Under the pieces are notes generated by a model, which saw only the letters and a program-made list of their open reading frames with translations, made no database searches and had not been told where the DNA came from. This document shows positions 22,270-32,104 of a stretch of 64,000 bases of DNA, in pieces. Where the stretch lies: positions 1,600,001 to 1,664,000 of the forward strand of contig OZ241857.1 in the NCBI GenBank assembly GCA_965203315.1, read 5' to 3'. Position numbers and translations under genes: made by a program. This DNA comes from Nitrosopumilus sp. Lineage in GTDB: Archaea; Thermoproteota; Nitrososphaeria; Nitrososphaerales; Nitrosopumilaceae. Position 1 is the stretch's first letter. Every line of letters starts with the position of its first letter.

Positions 22270-22422
22270 CAGACATTGCAAGCGTTCACTAGTTAATCCA
22301 AATGACTACATCTGATGATTATTTTGAGGGATTGCTCAGTTTCGGCTTTGCGATAGTCGTCCACCAAATAATTTGATAGTTTTGTGCCTAATCATAGGAT
22401 AGAGTCCGTCTAGTCAGAGAAT

Positions 22423-22701
22423 TCATTCAAGTCGTTTTATGATATGATATCCAAATCTTGTCTTTACTGGTTCTGATACATGATTTACCGCAAGTGAGAA
22501 CGCTACTTTCTCAAACTCTTTGATCATTGTCCCTTTTCTAAAATATCCTAAACTACCATTTCGTTTTGCGCTAGGTGCGTCTATGGAAAGCTCTTTTGCT
22601 AGTTTTCCGAATTTCTGACCCTGTTTGAGTTTTGTAAGAATATTTTCGGCTTCACTTTGTTTTGCAACTAGTATGTGTGCACATTTTATTCTGTCCGTCA
22701 T
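22423..22701 (-). CDS. Parvulin-type peptidyl-prolyl isomerase
   Basis: CAHILV, FGKLAKELS, GSLGYF, VKTRFGYHII. Confidence 0.93.
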   Translation of the reverse strand: MTDRIKCAHILVAKQSEAENILTKLKQGQKFGKLAKELSIDAPSAKRNGSLGYFRKGTMIKEFEKVAFSLAVNHVSEPVKTRFGYHIIKRLE

Positions 22702-22849
22702 GTTGTGATTGGATTTAACGCAGTCTCTTAACTGTTTCGAAATCATATAGACTATGAACTAGGATATGGAAGCCTTTGTGTTAGGGGAATGTTCTATTAT
22801 TCTATGGTGTTTTGAGTAAATGACCTTAATTCTATACATTGTAGTAATC

Positions 22850-23698
22850 TCATCTTGATTCTAACTTTAGTGATATATCTCGTCTAAGATTCTCACTGTC
22901 TACAAATGACGAATCTAGCTTTATCGCAGCGTTCAATGCATGTAATGCTTCGTCTAGTAAACCGACGTCGTATAACCCACAAGCGAGTTCGTATTGTATA
23001 TCTGGTTCTTGCGGATTTAGTCTGATCAATAGTCTAAAACACTCTATTGCTTCATCCTGTCTATCATTATCTAGTAATATTGATGCCTTAGTCGTGACCA
23101 CATCCAAGTTTTCAGGATCTAAAGATATTGCTTCATCAAAACACTCTATTGCTTCATCAAGTCTTTCAAGATTGTATAACAATAATCCTTTACTCTCTAG
23201 TACATCACTGTCTGGATCTTCTTTTAACGATTTATCATAATAGTATAGTGCATCTTTTACAAGTTTCTCATCCTCAGTGTCCTCATAAATTTCATGTAGC
23301 GTCTGAGCTTTCAAATAATACGCGATTGATTTATCCATGTCATTTCGTAACATGACGTCTGCCCATTCCATAGCTTTAGCATGCATGTGACTGTGAAGTA
23401 ATAACAATCCCTTTATGTGCATACAAAACCACCTTAAATCGAGTTCAGAATATTTTATTGCTTTATCGATGTATTTCATCGACTCTTGTTTTTTACCCAA
23501 ACCTGTATAAATTATAGATTTAAATAAATTTATTTCCGGATCTTTTGGCATTTCGTTTGATATCTTGTTATAATGTCCAATTGCCTCATCATAATTTTCT
23601 AATTCTATTAGTTTTCTCATCTTTTTTGCTATTTCTTCCATCTTTTCCAATTTTTCGTTATTCGAAAATTCTTCAATATCATTAAACACTTTGCTCAT
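22850..23698 (-). CDS. TPR-repeat protein
   Basis: Repeated DEAIECFD/R, KGLLL and ALYYYDKSL helices. Confidence 0.88.
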   Translation of the reverse strand: MSKVFNDIEEFSNNEKLEKMEEIAKKMRKLIELENYDEAIGHYNKISNEMPKDPEINLFKSIIYTGLGKKQESMKYIDKAIKYSELDLRWFCMHIKGLLLLHSHMHAKAMEWADVMLRNDMDKSIAYYLKAQTLHEIYEDTEDEKLVKDALYYYDKSLKEDPDSDVLESKGLLLYNLERLDEAIECFDEAISLDPENLDVVTTKASILLDNDRQDEAIECFRLLIRLNPQEPDIQYELACGLYDVGLLDEALHALNAAIKLDSSFVDSENLRRDISLKLESR

Positions 23699-24055
23699 GT
23701 ACCGTTTTAAAATCAGTATTTTTTAAATGTTTATGTGTAAACTAATCTTTGGTATGTAGTTATTAAAACAAATATCAAAATACATATTTTGCATAGTATA
23801 TCGTTCTGTTCGACAACTTGTAGATCACTAGTACATGACTGCAAGATATTTCTACAGTATTTTATATTGTGATAACCTTTGATCTCTTCTGCCATGAACA
23901 AACTATGTTTTTTGATTTGACTATTAACACTTTACATCTTGTGTCGTGTTTCAGGATCTAAGAGTTGCCTCTAGCCAAACAACTATTCAAAAAACAAATA
24001 TCTGATTCAATATACAAATATCCTTTTAAGGACGAATACATGAATGAGAATTTGA

Positions 24056-24871
24056 TTGAAGCTACAAAAGATCGCTGTTGTGAGTAAGGTTGGTTCTCGT
24101 GCTGCAGAACAGTCTGCAAGTGATGTCGCAAAAAAGTTCTTGAATGCAAAAGCAACCGTATACACCATATCTCCAATAGATGTTGCAGGAGCACACAAGC
24201 TTGATGCAATCGATGAACTCGCCAAGATACGTCTAGATCTGGTAGTTACTATGGGCGGTGATGGTACAACACTACGCGTCTTTCGTAGTATAGATAACGA
24301 GACACCGATCCTTACCATCAACGTTGGTGGCAATCGTGGTATATTGTCTGAGATTACGATTGATGAACTCGATGCAGCAATCAGCCAGATCCAAAGGGGC
24401 AAATTCTTTTTGGATAAACGAACACGAGTTATCGCATCTTGTGGCGGAGTTGACTTTCCTCCGGCTCTCAACGAGATATACATAACTCGAACAAATCTTA
24501 CCAAGACGGCAGAGATCACCATAAGATTTCAAAACGATACTGTAAAACAAAAGATGGATGGCGTAATTATTGCAACTCCTAGTGGTTCTACTGGACACTC
24601 TTTCTCACTTGGAGGTCCAATACTGCATGAGAGTTTGGACGTCTTGATAATTACTCCAGTAGCTCCTGTGTATAGACTCGAGTCTATTGTAGTACCCGAT
24701 GAGCAGATCGAAGTAATCTGTTCTCACAATTGTAGTATAGTTATGGATGCACAGGTCATCAAGACAGTTGATTATGAAGAACCAATAACGATCAAAAAGT
24801 ACAAAAAACAAGCAGTCTTTATACGACTAAAGAAACGTGGATTACGGCAAATGAGTAAACTTGGTTTCTAG
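24056..24871 (+). CDS. nadK: NAD kinase
   Basis: GGDGT, ALNE, DGVIIATPSGSTGHS. Confidence 0.95.
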   Translation: MKLQKIAVVSKVGSRAAEQSASDVAKKFLNAKATVYTISPIDVAGAHKLDAIDELAKIRLDLVVTMGGDGTTLRVFRSIDNETPILTINVGGNRGILSEITIDELDAAISQIQRGKFFLDKRTRVIASCGGVDFPPALNEIYITRTNLTKTAEITIRFQNDTVKQKMDGVIIATPSGSTGHSFSLGGPILHESLDVLIITPVAPVYRLESIVVPDEQIEVICSHNCSIVMDAQVIKTVDYEEPITIKKYKKQAVFIRLKKRGLRQMSKLGF

Positions 24872-25337
24872 AGTTATGGATGCAAGCGCATTTTATGCTG
24901 GTGTACCGTTCAAGACAACCGAGATATGTTACACAACATCGCTTGTATATGACGAGATCAGACATATCAAAGAACGTCATGATATATTGGGAGCACTGGT
25001 GGTTACTGGACGATTACAGATTCGTGAACCAAGTCCAAACTCGTTACGCATAGCAAATGATATCGCAAACGAGTCAGGCGATATCTCCAAACTATCATCA
25101 CAAGATATCTCTGTACTTGCATTGTGTATAGAGATCGATGGTAATTTGGTCAGTGACGACTATGCTATATCAAACGCTGCCAAGAGATATGGTCTTGTGG
25201 TGGAGCCTATAATGACTCGCGGGATTCGTAATGTGGGAAGATGGATATATTATTGCCCAGGTTGTAGCACGACATCTCGAACAGACACAGAGTGTCCTGT
25301 ATGTGGAACACATCCAAAACGTAGATTGATCAAGTAG
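24861..25337 (+). CDS. nob1: Nob1-like PIN endonuclease with Zn ribbon
   Basis: MDASAF, LSSQDISVLAL, SDDYAISN, CPGC/CPVCG. Confidence 0.88.
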   Translation: MVSRVMDASAFYAGVPFKTTEICYTTSLVYDEIRHIKERHDILGALVVTGRLQIREPSPNSLRIANDIANESGDISKLSSQDISVLALCIEIDGNLVSDDYAISNAAKRYGLVVEPIMTRGIRNVGRWIYYCPGCSTTSRTDTECPVCGTHPKRRLIK

Positions 25338-26013
25338 AGTCAAGTGTTTTTTGATTATCTGATTTAGACAGTCTCTTTGTGTCCAAGACATGTCTGATCT
25401 TCTTTGCACGTGCCGATCCCAACCCATCTATCTTTGCAAGCTCTGCTACCTTTGCAGCAAATACCTTGTCTGGAGTTCCAAAACGATCTAGTAGTCGTAC
25501 TGCAAACTTTTCTCCAATTCCTGGCAGACTAGAGATGACGGCAAGCTGTTGTAGATAAAGATCACTTGATTTTTTAATCTTTTTTAGAAATGGTCCTTCT
25601 CTCGACTTGGAACTCTTACACATTGCTAAAAGAAGTTTCGCAGTGTGTTCTGCATTGGGGGTTGGAATTATTGGTATCTTTAAATTTATTGTAACCGTCG
25701 AGATTGCACCATAAAAGATAAACGGATTATCTACAATAGTCTCCAACTCGTCTATGTCTCCTTCTAGTAACAAGATCGGCTTCTCAAAATGTTCCTTTAG
25801 TCTCATACATTGATCATAAAGCCTTCCATCAAACACTGATGAGATTAGATCGTGAATGGTTTTACGTTCTATAATGGTCTCGGGAGCTACAATATAGTCA
25901 CCTATGGGCAATGTCTTTATCTCGACCTCGGCACCAACCTTTTTGAGCAAGTCTGCAATCCTGCTCTTTCGTTCTCGCTCATCTACTATGATCCGAAGGT
26001 TTTCGATCAACAC
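25330..26013 (-). CDS. xpf: XPF/ERCC4 structure-specific nuclease
   Basis: VDERE, GDY, ERKTxxD, tandem HhH (LPGIG, IDGLG). Confidence 0.93.
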   Translation of the reverse strand: MLIENLRIIVDERERKSRIADLLKKVGAEVEIKTLPIGDYIVAPETIIERKTIHDLISSVFDGRLYDQCMRLKEHFEKPILLLEGDIDELETIVDNPFIFYGAISTVTINLKIPIIPTPNAEHTAKLLLAMCKSSKSREGPFLKKIKKSSDLYLQQLAVISSLPGIGEKFAVRLLDRFGTPDKVFAAKVAELAKIDGLGSARAKKIRHVLDTKRLSKSDNQKTLDST

Positions 26014-26054
26014 AATGCATTCATGTATGTTTGGTTAATATCTTGTATGATGTG

Positions 26055-26082
26055 TAATGCGTAGTGTATAATGCGTAGTGTA
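26055..26082. repeat. 14-bp tandem duplication TAATGCGTAGTGTA x2
   Basis: Read directly, just left of the MITE. Confidence 0.8.
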
Positions 26083-26086
26083 TAGT

Positions 26087-26227
26087 AGACTGTATGCGTA
26101 TTATTAAGAGTGCCCATGTTCAATCATCAAACACGACAACAATGAATCAATTTGCCTCTAGAAAGTACACATGTGTTTTATTGTACGTTAAAATGTGCAT
26201 ATGATGTAAGAAATACGCATACAGTCT
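26087..26227. mobile_element. MITE family A copy 1 (141 bp)
   Basis: TIR AGACTGTATGCGTA...TACGCATACAGTCT; near-identical to 28868-29008 and 58925-59062. Confidence 0.88.
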
Positions 26228-26323
26228 TATATCTTAGAGATGGAGTGGTGATACAATAATCGAAATTGCGATCTGTTTGATTTGTTGCTTCAATACATGT
26301 TAGGGCCACATATCCCTAATCGC
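26228..26323 (+). pseudogene. 3' remnant of an IS1595-family element
   Basis: Reads EMEW*YNNRNCDLFDLLLQYMLG and ends TAATCGC(C), matching the end of the element at 57909-58511. Confidence 0.65.
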
Positions 26324-27846
26324 GGGGTTGTCCGGTGAATATCTCGTAAAATCTATGCATTTTATGATCTCTTAAACAAAATACAACAAATTAACTCTAT
26401 TTGCCGTTATTTTTCTATTAAAAGTTAAACTTTGGTGCAAAGTGTACCGTTTTGCACTTCAATAATCAAGTTTGATTAATTAAAACGCCACAAATTAATG
26501 CTCGACAAGCATGCATTTACCAAAAAACAGTATTTGGTTACCACTCAATACCCACTTGTGCTAAAATTACTTTTGAATTATGTGCAGCAATCTTGAACTT
26601 TAACTCTTGAACCATGTTTTCCCATTTTATTGCTTTAATGTCTTCACCAAATAGGAGTTTCATTGTTGAAAATACGCCTTCAACATTTGCACGGTCTCCA
26701 TATCCTAGAATTATCTTCCAATCATCTTGATTTTCTTCGCGTTCGTCTGTTGGCATGGAATTTAGATCTTTACCATCTAAAGCACCAAATTGAAACTCGG
26801 CTAATTTACTTCTGGGATCATCTCCATGTGATACTGCATTACGTTTTATCAATATTCCATTGATGAGATTATACATCATACAAAACTCGTGAATCTTTTT
26901 TGTATCATAACCTTTGTCGGCGAGAATTTTCTTTGTGATTGGTTTACCGGTACGATTACATTCATCAACTATCTCTGTTGCATCTTTTAATAGTTGCTTA
27001 AACTGTGACGAATCTGATTTCTTGTCAGTCGTAATGCTGTATGACCTTATAATCTTTGAATTCACGTCTATACAAATGTGCATTTTTACAAATCCATCTC
27101 GTTCTACTTTGTAATGGGCTTCAATCCATCGACCACCTGCATGTTGTCTAAAGCCAGAAGCATCAATAGCTAGAGTATGTGGCATTTTAGACTTTATAAT
27201 TAAGAGATCGTTTAAAATATCGACTTCCTGTGCTTTTATTCTAGCGTGTAACTGAGATCTACGTGGTATCTTGAAATTAGGAAAAGATTTCTCTAACTCT
27301 TTTATGAGTCGTCTATATGAATAGTTGTTTCTAGATTTTGTAATGCCTGCGTACATTATAAGAGCTTCTGAATAAAGGAATTGTCCACCACGTTTATTTT
27401 TATTCATAAGAGTTAACTCTTTTTCGAATTCTTCTTTAAATTTATCCTCGTCTTCCAATCTTAAAACAAGCATAAAAAATAAAAGTCTTAATCTTGGTTT
27501 ATGTTTTAATGATTTCATAATTCTACTTAAATTTCTTGCTTTCTCACGTTTTTCTTTACGATTCATGTCCTCATCTTTTAGAAACTTGAACCAATAAGGG
27601 AAATCACTCGCCATGACATTTCTAAAAATAGTTCCCCTTTATAGATCTTTTCATTTTGATATCTATTTTGTGTTTTAAAATTAATTGTAAACTAGAACTT
27701 GTTACTAATTCTATGCAGCAGTTGAAAAAACAACACTAGAAACGATGCAATTAGAGAAAATATTTCTCATGTGTTCAAAATCGAGCGATTTGTATCCCCG
27801 ATGAGTGGATTTGCAGCTGCCCTATTCCTATTCACCGGACAACCTC
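26324..27846 (-). mobile_element. IS5-family (IS903-like) insertion sequence, 1523 bp
   Basis: 18-bp TIRs G(G/A)GGTTGTCCGGTGAATA (26324-26341 / 27829-27846); 8-bp TSD CTAATCGC (26316-26323, 27847-27854). Confidence 0.92.
26538..27614 (-). CDS. IS5-family DDE transposase
   Basis: LAIDASG, KMHICID, ADKGYD, YGDRANVEGVFSTMK. Confidence 0.92.
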   Translation of the reverse strand: MASDFPYWFKFLKDEDMNRKEKREKARNLSRIMKSLKHKPRLRLLFFMLVLRLEDEDKFKEEFEKELTLMNKNKRGGQFLYSEALIMYAGITKSRNNYSYRRLIKELEKSFPNFKIPRRSQLHARIKAQEVDILNDLLIIKSKMPHTLAIDASGFRQHAGGRWIEAHYKVERDGFVKMHICIDVNSKIIRSYSITTDKKSDSSQFKQLLKDATEIVDECNRTGKPITKKILADKGYDTKKIHEFCMMYNLINGILIKRNAVSHGDDPRSKLAEFQFGALDGKDLNSMPTDEREENQDDWKIILGYGDRANVEGVFSTMKLLFGEDIKAIKWENMVQELKFKIAAHNSKVILAQVGIEW

Positions 27847-27887
27847 CTAATCGCCTAGATTTATATGAAATGGTGCAGTAAATTGGT

Positions 27888-28070
27888 GTGGCATTGAAAT
27901 CGGATATAGAGGTACTTAAAAACTTGAAATGCACTAGGTGTGGAAAAGAAGTAGAATCATTAGCATTTCCTGACGAAAAGTACATAGTATGTATGGATTG
28001 TATAGATGGGTACATGAGAGAAGCCGAAGCGCATTTTGACAAATATCCCCCACGTGACGAGAAAGAGTAG
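27888..28070 (+). CDS. Small Zn-finger protein
   Basis: CTRC and CMDC pairs; ends 9 bp before the TIR gene. Confidence 0.55.
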   Translation: MALKSDIEVLKNLKCTRCGKEVESLAFPDEKYIVCMDCIDGYMREAEAHFDKYPPRDEKE

Positions 28071-28079
28071 TGTCACAGC

Positions 28080-28517
28080 ATGGCCATGGATGAGCCCATA
28101 CCTTCCTTTATTGACGAAGGTACATTTGAAATATTCTTGAGTTATAGCAGTGATACTGAAAAGCAATTTGAGATGTACGTTGATGAACTGAAAATACGTC
28201 TTAGTCAACACAACATGAATGTGATTACAGCTCCCCACGATCAAGATGGTGGGGATGATGGTGACGAATACATCATGACAAAGATACAAACATGTGATGT
28301 GTTGTTGGCATTACACACTGAAACTTGTAAATCATCAAATTACTTTGATCAAGAGATTGGTGTTGCTCTTGCATACAAAGTTCCAATAGTTCCAATTTGT
28401 GTTAAAGCAAAACCTTATGGATTCATCCAAATGAAAAAGTGTATATCTTATGATCATGCCATGATTGATAAAACATCACAGATAGTACATTCAATCAAAA
28501 AGCAATATTGGCGTTAG
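28080..28517 (+). CDS. Stand-alone TIR-domain protein
   Basis: IFLSYS, CDVLLALHT, SNYFDQEIGVAL (putative catalytic Glu), PIVPI. Confidence 0.85.
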   Translation: MAMDEPIPSFIDEGTFEIFLSYSSDTEKQFEMYVDELKIRLSQHNMNVITAPHDQDGGDDGDEYIMTKIQTCDVLLALHTETCKSSNYFDQEIGVALAYKVPIVPICVKAKPYGFIQMKKCISYDHAMIDKTSQIVHSIKKQYWR

Positions 28518-28553
28518 CGCATCAACCAATCAAGTATCATCTTTAGACTAAAC

Positions 28554-28796
28554 ATGATCAAATCAAGTTTTCAAGCAACGCAGCTACTAGGTATGATTAC
28601 AGGTAAACATATTCAAGAAGATACAATCAATCAGTTAGCTTTGTTGTATCTAAGCGGTAAATTTTCTAATAAAAAAACAACAACAGCAATTATTGAGAAT
28701 CTATTAACAAAAAATAGAGATGGCTTGGCACATAAACTACGTTTGGCCCTACAAAATCACTCTAGTGAAACCTCAGAATCTAGTTTTGCCTCTTGA
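28554..28796 (+). CDS. Hypothetical protein
   Basis: 80-aa ORF co-oriented behind the TIR gene; no motif recognised. Confidence 0.35.
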   Translation: MIKSSFQATQLLGMITGKHIQEDTINQLALLYLSGKFSNKKTTTAIIENLLTKNRDGLAHKLRLALQNHSSETSESSFAS

Positions 28797-28867
28797 GCAT
28801 GTTTGTTCAAGTTACCCTCTCCACGGTTAACATAATATAGTGCCACGATTATGTTTTTTGGTATACA

Positions 28868-29008
28868 AGACTGTATGCGTATTATTAAGAGTGACCATGT
28901 CCAATCATCAAACACGACAACAATGAATCAATTTGCCTCTAGAAATTACGCCTGTGTTTTATTGTACGCTAAAATGTGCGTAAGATATAAGAAATATGCA
29001 TACAGTGT
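28868..29008. mobile_element. MITE family A copy 2 (141 bp)
   Basis: AGACTGTATGCGTA...TATGCATACAGTGT; same orientation as copy 1. Confidence 0.88.
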
Positions 29009-29012
29009 AGTG

Positions 29013-29411
29013 TTATCTTCTAGGATTATCTGTACTGGCATCTTTATCCCTAGTCCCTGTAGTACCGGACTTCATCATCTCTGTTATCTTTGCTTCTTGT
29101 TCTTTTAGATTTTCTTTAATGCGAGACTCTTGTTTCTCTAGAACAGTACTTTGAGTCTTTGCTATCGTCTGTCTCTCTTCTAGATCTTGGATCATCTTTT
29201 CTTTAGTTGATCTTATCAAAACCGCACCAACATTTTTGAACACTGTCTCATCATCAGTAATCTTTCCCAACTCTTCTAGCGCCTTTGCGATCTCAATCTT
29301 TTCCAACTCGAGTTGATGTCTCTGTGTCATTATTGTTTGAAGATTTTGTTGGGACTGTTGCAACTTTGCAATCTGCTCTTGTAGCCACGGTGGCATCTGC
29401 TTTGATGACAT
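29013..29411 (-). CDS. pfdB: Prefoldin beta subunit
   Basis: Coiled coil with VFKNVGAVLI hairpin; exosome superoperon context. Confidence 0.92.
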   Translation of the reverse strand: MSSKQMPPWLQEQIAKLQQSQQNLQTIMTQRHQLELEKIEIAKALEELGKITDDETVFKNVGAVLIRSTKEKMIQDLEERQTIAKTQSTVLEKQESRIKENLKEQEAKITEMMKSGTTGTRDKDASTDNPRR

Positions 29412-29434
29412 TGTTTGTGTTGGAATCTATTTCA

Positions 29435-29680
29435 TTATATCTTTACCGATTCAATCGATTCATAGCTCGTTTGGATTAGTCTGAGGAGTGAGTTGAGGCT
29501 TGCTCTTAATGGTGCAATATTTTCATACTCTACATGTATACTCATCTGTTCTTTATCGACAAGCTTGGCGTCTGTTATGCTCTCTGGATAAAATTTCGAG
29601 TCTGTACTTACAGCGTCAAATATTGCAGCAGTCTTTTCCTTTGCTGACACAATCACGGTTGCACTAAATCTTAACGTCAT
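29435..29680 (-). CDS. pcc1: KEOPS subunit Pcc1
   Basis: LRASLNSLLRLI motif; lies between L37Ae and prefoldin. Confidence 0.8.
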   Translation of the reverse strand: MTLRFSATVIVSAKEKTAAIFDAVSTDSKFYPESITDAKLVDKEQMSIHVEYENIAPLRASLNSLLRLIQTSYESIESVKI

Positions 29681-29876
29681 ATGCAGTTCCAGCTATCTTG
29701 AAGCTACATTTCTTACATGACCATATTCCAACTGCGTCACGACTCAACGTCTTGGAGCCACATTCTGGACAGATACGTTTCTCCTTTAACTTTAGATGAA
29801 CCTTTGTGTACTGTTTTCTGATCTTTATTCCATAACGAGCTCCTAGACCCTTTAACGATTTTTTGCTTTTTGCCAA
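29664..29876 (-). CDS. rpl37ae: 50S ribosomal protein L37Ae
   Basis: GARYG, CPEC, GIWSCKKC, AGTAY. Confidence 0.95.
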   Translation of the reverse strand: MAKSKKSLKGLGARYGIKIRKQYTKVHLKLKEKRICPECGSKTLSRDAVGIWSCKKCSFKIAGTAYDVKI

Positions 29877-30689
29877 CTATTGTCCCTCTTGTATTGCCTC
29901 TAGTTTGCCACGTATCTTTGCACCTACACGAATCGCAATCTCTCCACAATGTGTTAACTCGTCTTGTGTAAATCCATCAAATCCACCTTTTTGTATCGCA
30001 CAAATGTTTCCATCCGAGTTGGTGGCAATTGTAATTCGCGCATCCATAATCTCCCACTCTTCGCCGTTTGGATCAACTATGATGTGTGATCCAATCTTGC
30101 CCATAGTTACCGATACCGGAATAGTCGTTATCGGCACAGGCGATTCACCTTCAACGAGTTTTGGTACGTCGTTCTCCATTACCCACTTTGGTGTCTTTGA
30201 TGAGAGTAGAGATGCGGTTGCTGCATAAGAACACGCATCAAATAGATTACCATCATAGTCTACAACGACATTGTCTGCAAATATTCCTACCACTGATCTA
30301 TCTTGTTCAATTACTAGTTGCGATAGATCGATCATATGACTCTCTCGAATTCCTCGATCAACAACTCTTGCCAACTCGATCACATCAGGCCCTGGAGGTC
30401 CCGTCTCTACTGTGGGGTGTGATAGCGGCAACATCTCTGCTGTACAGATAAAGATTCCTTTGTCACCCATGTCTGGAAATGGTTTGTCTGGTTGAATCTT
30501 TACGCCACATACGACCTCTGTATCTCCAATTCGAACACGTGCAGAGCCACTTGCTTTTGGAATTGCGTTTATCTCGATCGATATCTCACGTGGTTCATCT
30601 AGTTCTCTACCGTCTATGCGTTTACCTTGCTCCAAGAGCTCTAGAATCTGTGACTTGTGTAGTTGATCAATGACTGACTGTGAACCCAT
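29877..30689 (-). CDS. rrp42: Exosome subunit Rrp42
   Basis: RIDGR, GSARVRIGDT, ELARVVDRGIRES, DYDGNLFDA. Confidence 0.95.
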   Translation of the reverse strand: MGSQSVIDQLHKSQILELLEQGKRIDGRELDEPREISIEINAIPKASGSARVRIGDTEVVCGVKIQPDKPFPDMGDKGIFICTAEMLPLSHPTVETGPPGPDVIELARVVDRGIRESHMIDLSQLVIEQDRSVVGIFADNVVVDYDGNLFDACSYAATASLLSSKTPKWVMENDVPKLVEGESPVPITTIPVSVTMGKIGSHIIVDPNGEEWEIMDARITIATNSDGNICAIQKGGFDGFTQDELTHCGEIAIRVGAKIRGKLEAIQEGQ

Positions 30690-30692
30690 CTC

Positions 30693-31427
30693 TTACGCTT
30701 CTCCATTTTTAAAATACTTTGTTTGTAGTGCCTTCTTTTGTAGTTCATGTACTATTTTACATCCTTTTACTCCTACATCGACACACTGTTTGTACTCGTC
30801 CGGAGTTAATACTCCATCTAACTGCAATAATGTTATCTTTTCTAGATTTGGCATATATCCTATGGGCATGTCTGCTTGCCCTGCTTGATCTTCTTCATTA
30901 TTTACATCCAAGATTATCGTATCTGCAGCTTTGCCGGCAGCACATGCTGCCACCAGATCTCGCATAGGGATTCCAGCATCAGCTAATGCAACAGACGCTG
31001 CAGAGAGAGCAGCACATCTAGTTCCACCATCAGCTTGGAGAACTTCGATGAATACATCTACTACTGTCCTAGGAAACTTTTCCAACATTACAGCTGGTTC
31101 TAGTGCTTCTTTGATGACTTTAGATATCTCGATCTCTCTCCTTGACGGAGCTGGATTCTTTCGCTCAGTTACTGAGAATGGTTCCATATGGTATCGAACA
31201 CGTAATATTCCTGTATCTGTATTCGACATATGTTTTGGATGAACATCACGAGGTCCAAACACTCCGACCAAGATCTTGTTGTCTCCAAACTCGATATATG
31301 CTGAACCATCTGCATTCTTTAGTCCTCCGGCTTTTATCATTATCCTACGTGGCTCGTCGACTCGACGACCGTCACAACGTATCCCATTCTCATCCAAGAG
31401 AACCATCGTTGCTTCTCTTCCACCCAT
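30693..31427 (-). CDS. rrp41: Exosome subunit Rrp41
   Basis: ADGSAYIEFG, SRREIEISKVI, QADGGTR. Confidence 0.96.
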   Translation of the reverse strand: MGGREATMVLLDENGIRCDGRRVDEPRRIMIKAGGLKNADGSAYIEFGDNKILVGVFGPRDVHPKHMSNTDTGILRVRYHMEPFSVTERKNPAPSRREIEISKVIKEALEPAVMLEKFPRTVVDVFIEVLQADGGTRCAALSAASVALADAGIPMRDLVAACAAGKAADTIILDVNNEEDQAGQADMPIGYMPNLEKITLLQLDGVLTPDEYKQCVDVGVKGCKIVHELQKKALQTKYFKNGEA

Positions 31428-32104
31428 TATTTACTACCTCTTGACTCTAACATCTCTTTCACCTGATCAGTTAAATTCGCAATATGCGTCTTTTCATCTA
31501 CCATCTTGATGGCTTGTTTTGCCTTTAATAATCCCTCTGTCGATTCACAAGAGATGACTATCCATCCATTCTGTCCTATGGTTATCACAGCACCTGTGGC
31601 CATCTCGATGGTTTGAATCATCGATCCACGTTTACCAATAAGACGTGGAACTTTGCTAGGTGATATTGTGACTAGTACACCAGAGTCAATCTTTCCAAGA
31701 TCTCTGTCTGCAATGGTAACTAGTGGATCACGTGTACGATCAAAGTTGGCGATACGAGCGGCAACTAGATCACCAGACTTGAGTTTTGAAACTAGATCAT
31801 CTGCATGTGCTGAAAAGTCACGTCCAAAGACATCTTGAGCTGGTAGAAATCCGACATAACAAGAGTTGATATCCAACTCCCAAGATAGTGATGTGTGTGA
31901 TATAATCTTCCCAATAACTAGATCATTGATCTTTGGCATGTATTTACCAGTCAATGGAATGACTCTTACAGAGTTGTCATAAATCTCAGAGATACCAACA
32001 GCAGTTGCTATAATCTTGTTTCCCTCTTGTACTACATTCTGCTCTGGTCTAAGAGCTCCGGCTGTTACAACATCACCTGGAATTACCTGCTTGCGTCTAT
32101 CCAT
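31427..32104 (-). CDS. rrp4: Exosome subunit Rrp4
   Basis: S1 plus KH domains (VPRLIGKRGSM, GQNGWI). Confidence 0.94.
   Translation of the reverse strand: MDRRKQVIPGDVVTAGALRPEQNVVQEGNKIIATAVGISEIYDNSVRVIPLTGKYMPKINDLVIGKIISHTSLSWELDINSCYVGFLPAQDVFGRDFSAHADDLVSKLKSGDLVAARIANFDRTRDPLVTIADRDLGKIDSGVLVTISPSKVPRLIGKRGSMIQTIEMATGAVITIGQNGWIVISCESTEGLLKAKQAIKMVDEKTHIANLTDQVKEMLESRGSK

Noticed and set aside
28851-29108. 85-aa ORF; similarly 58761-58997, 57936-58214 and 33091-33363
   Set aside because: They run through MITEs or are antisense to transposase relics.
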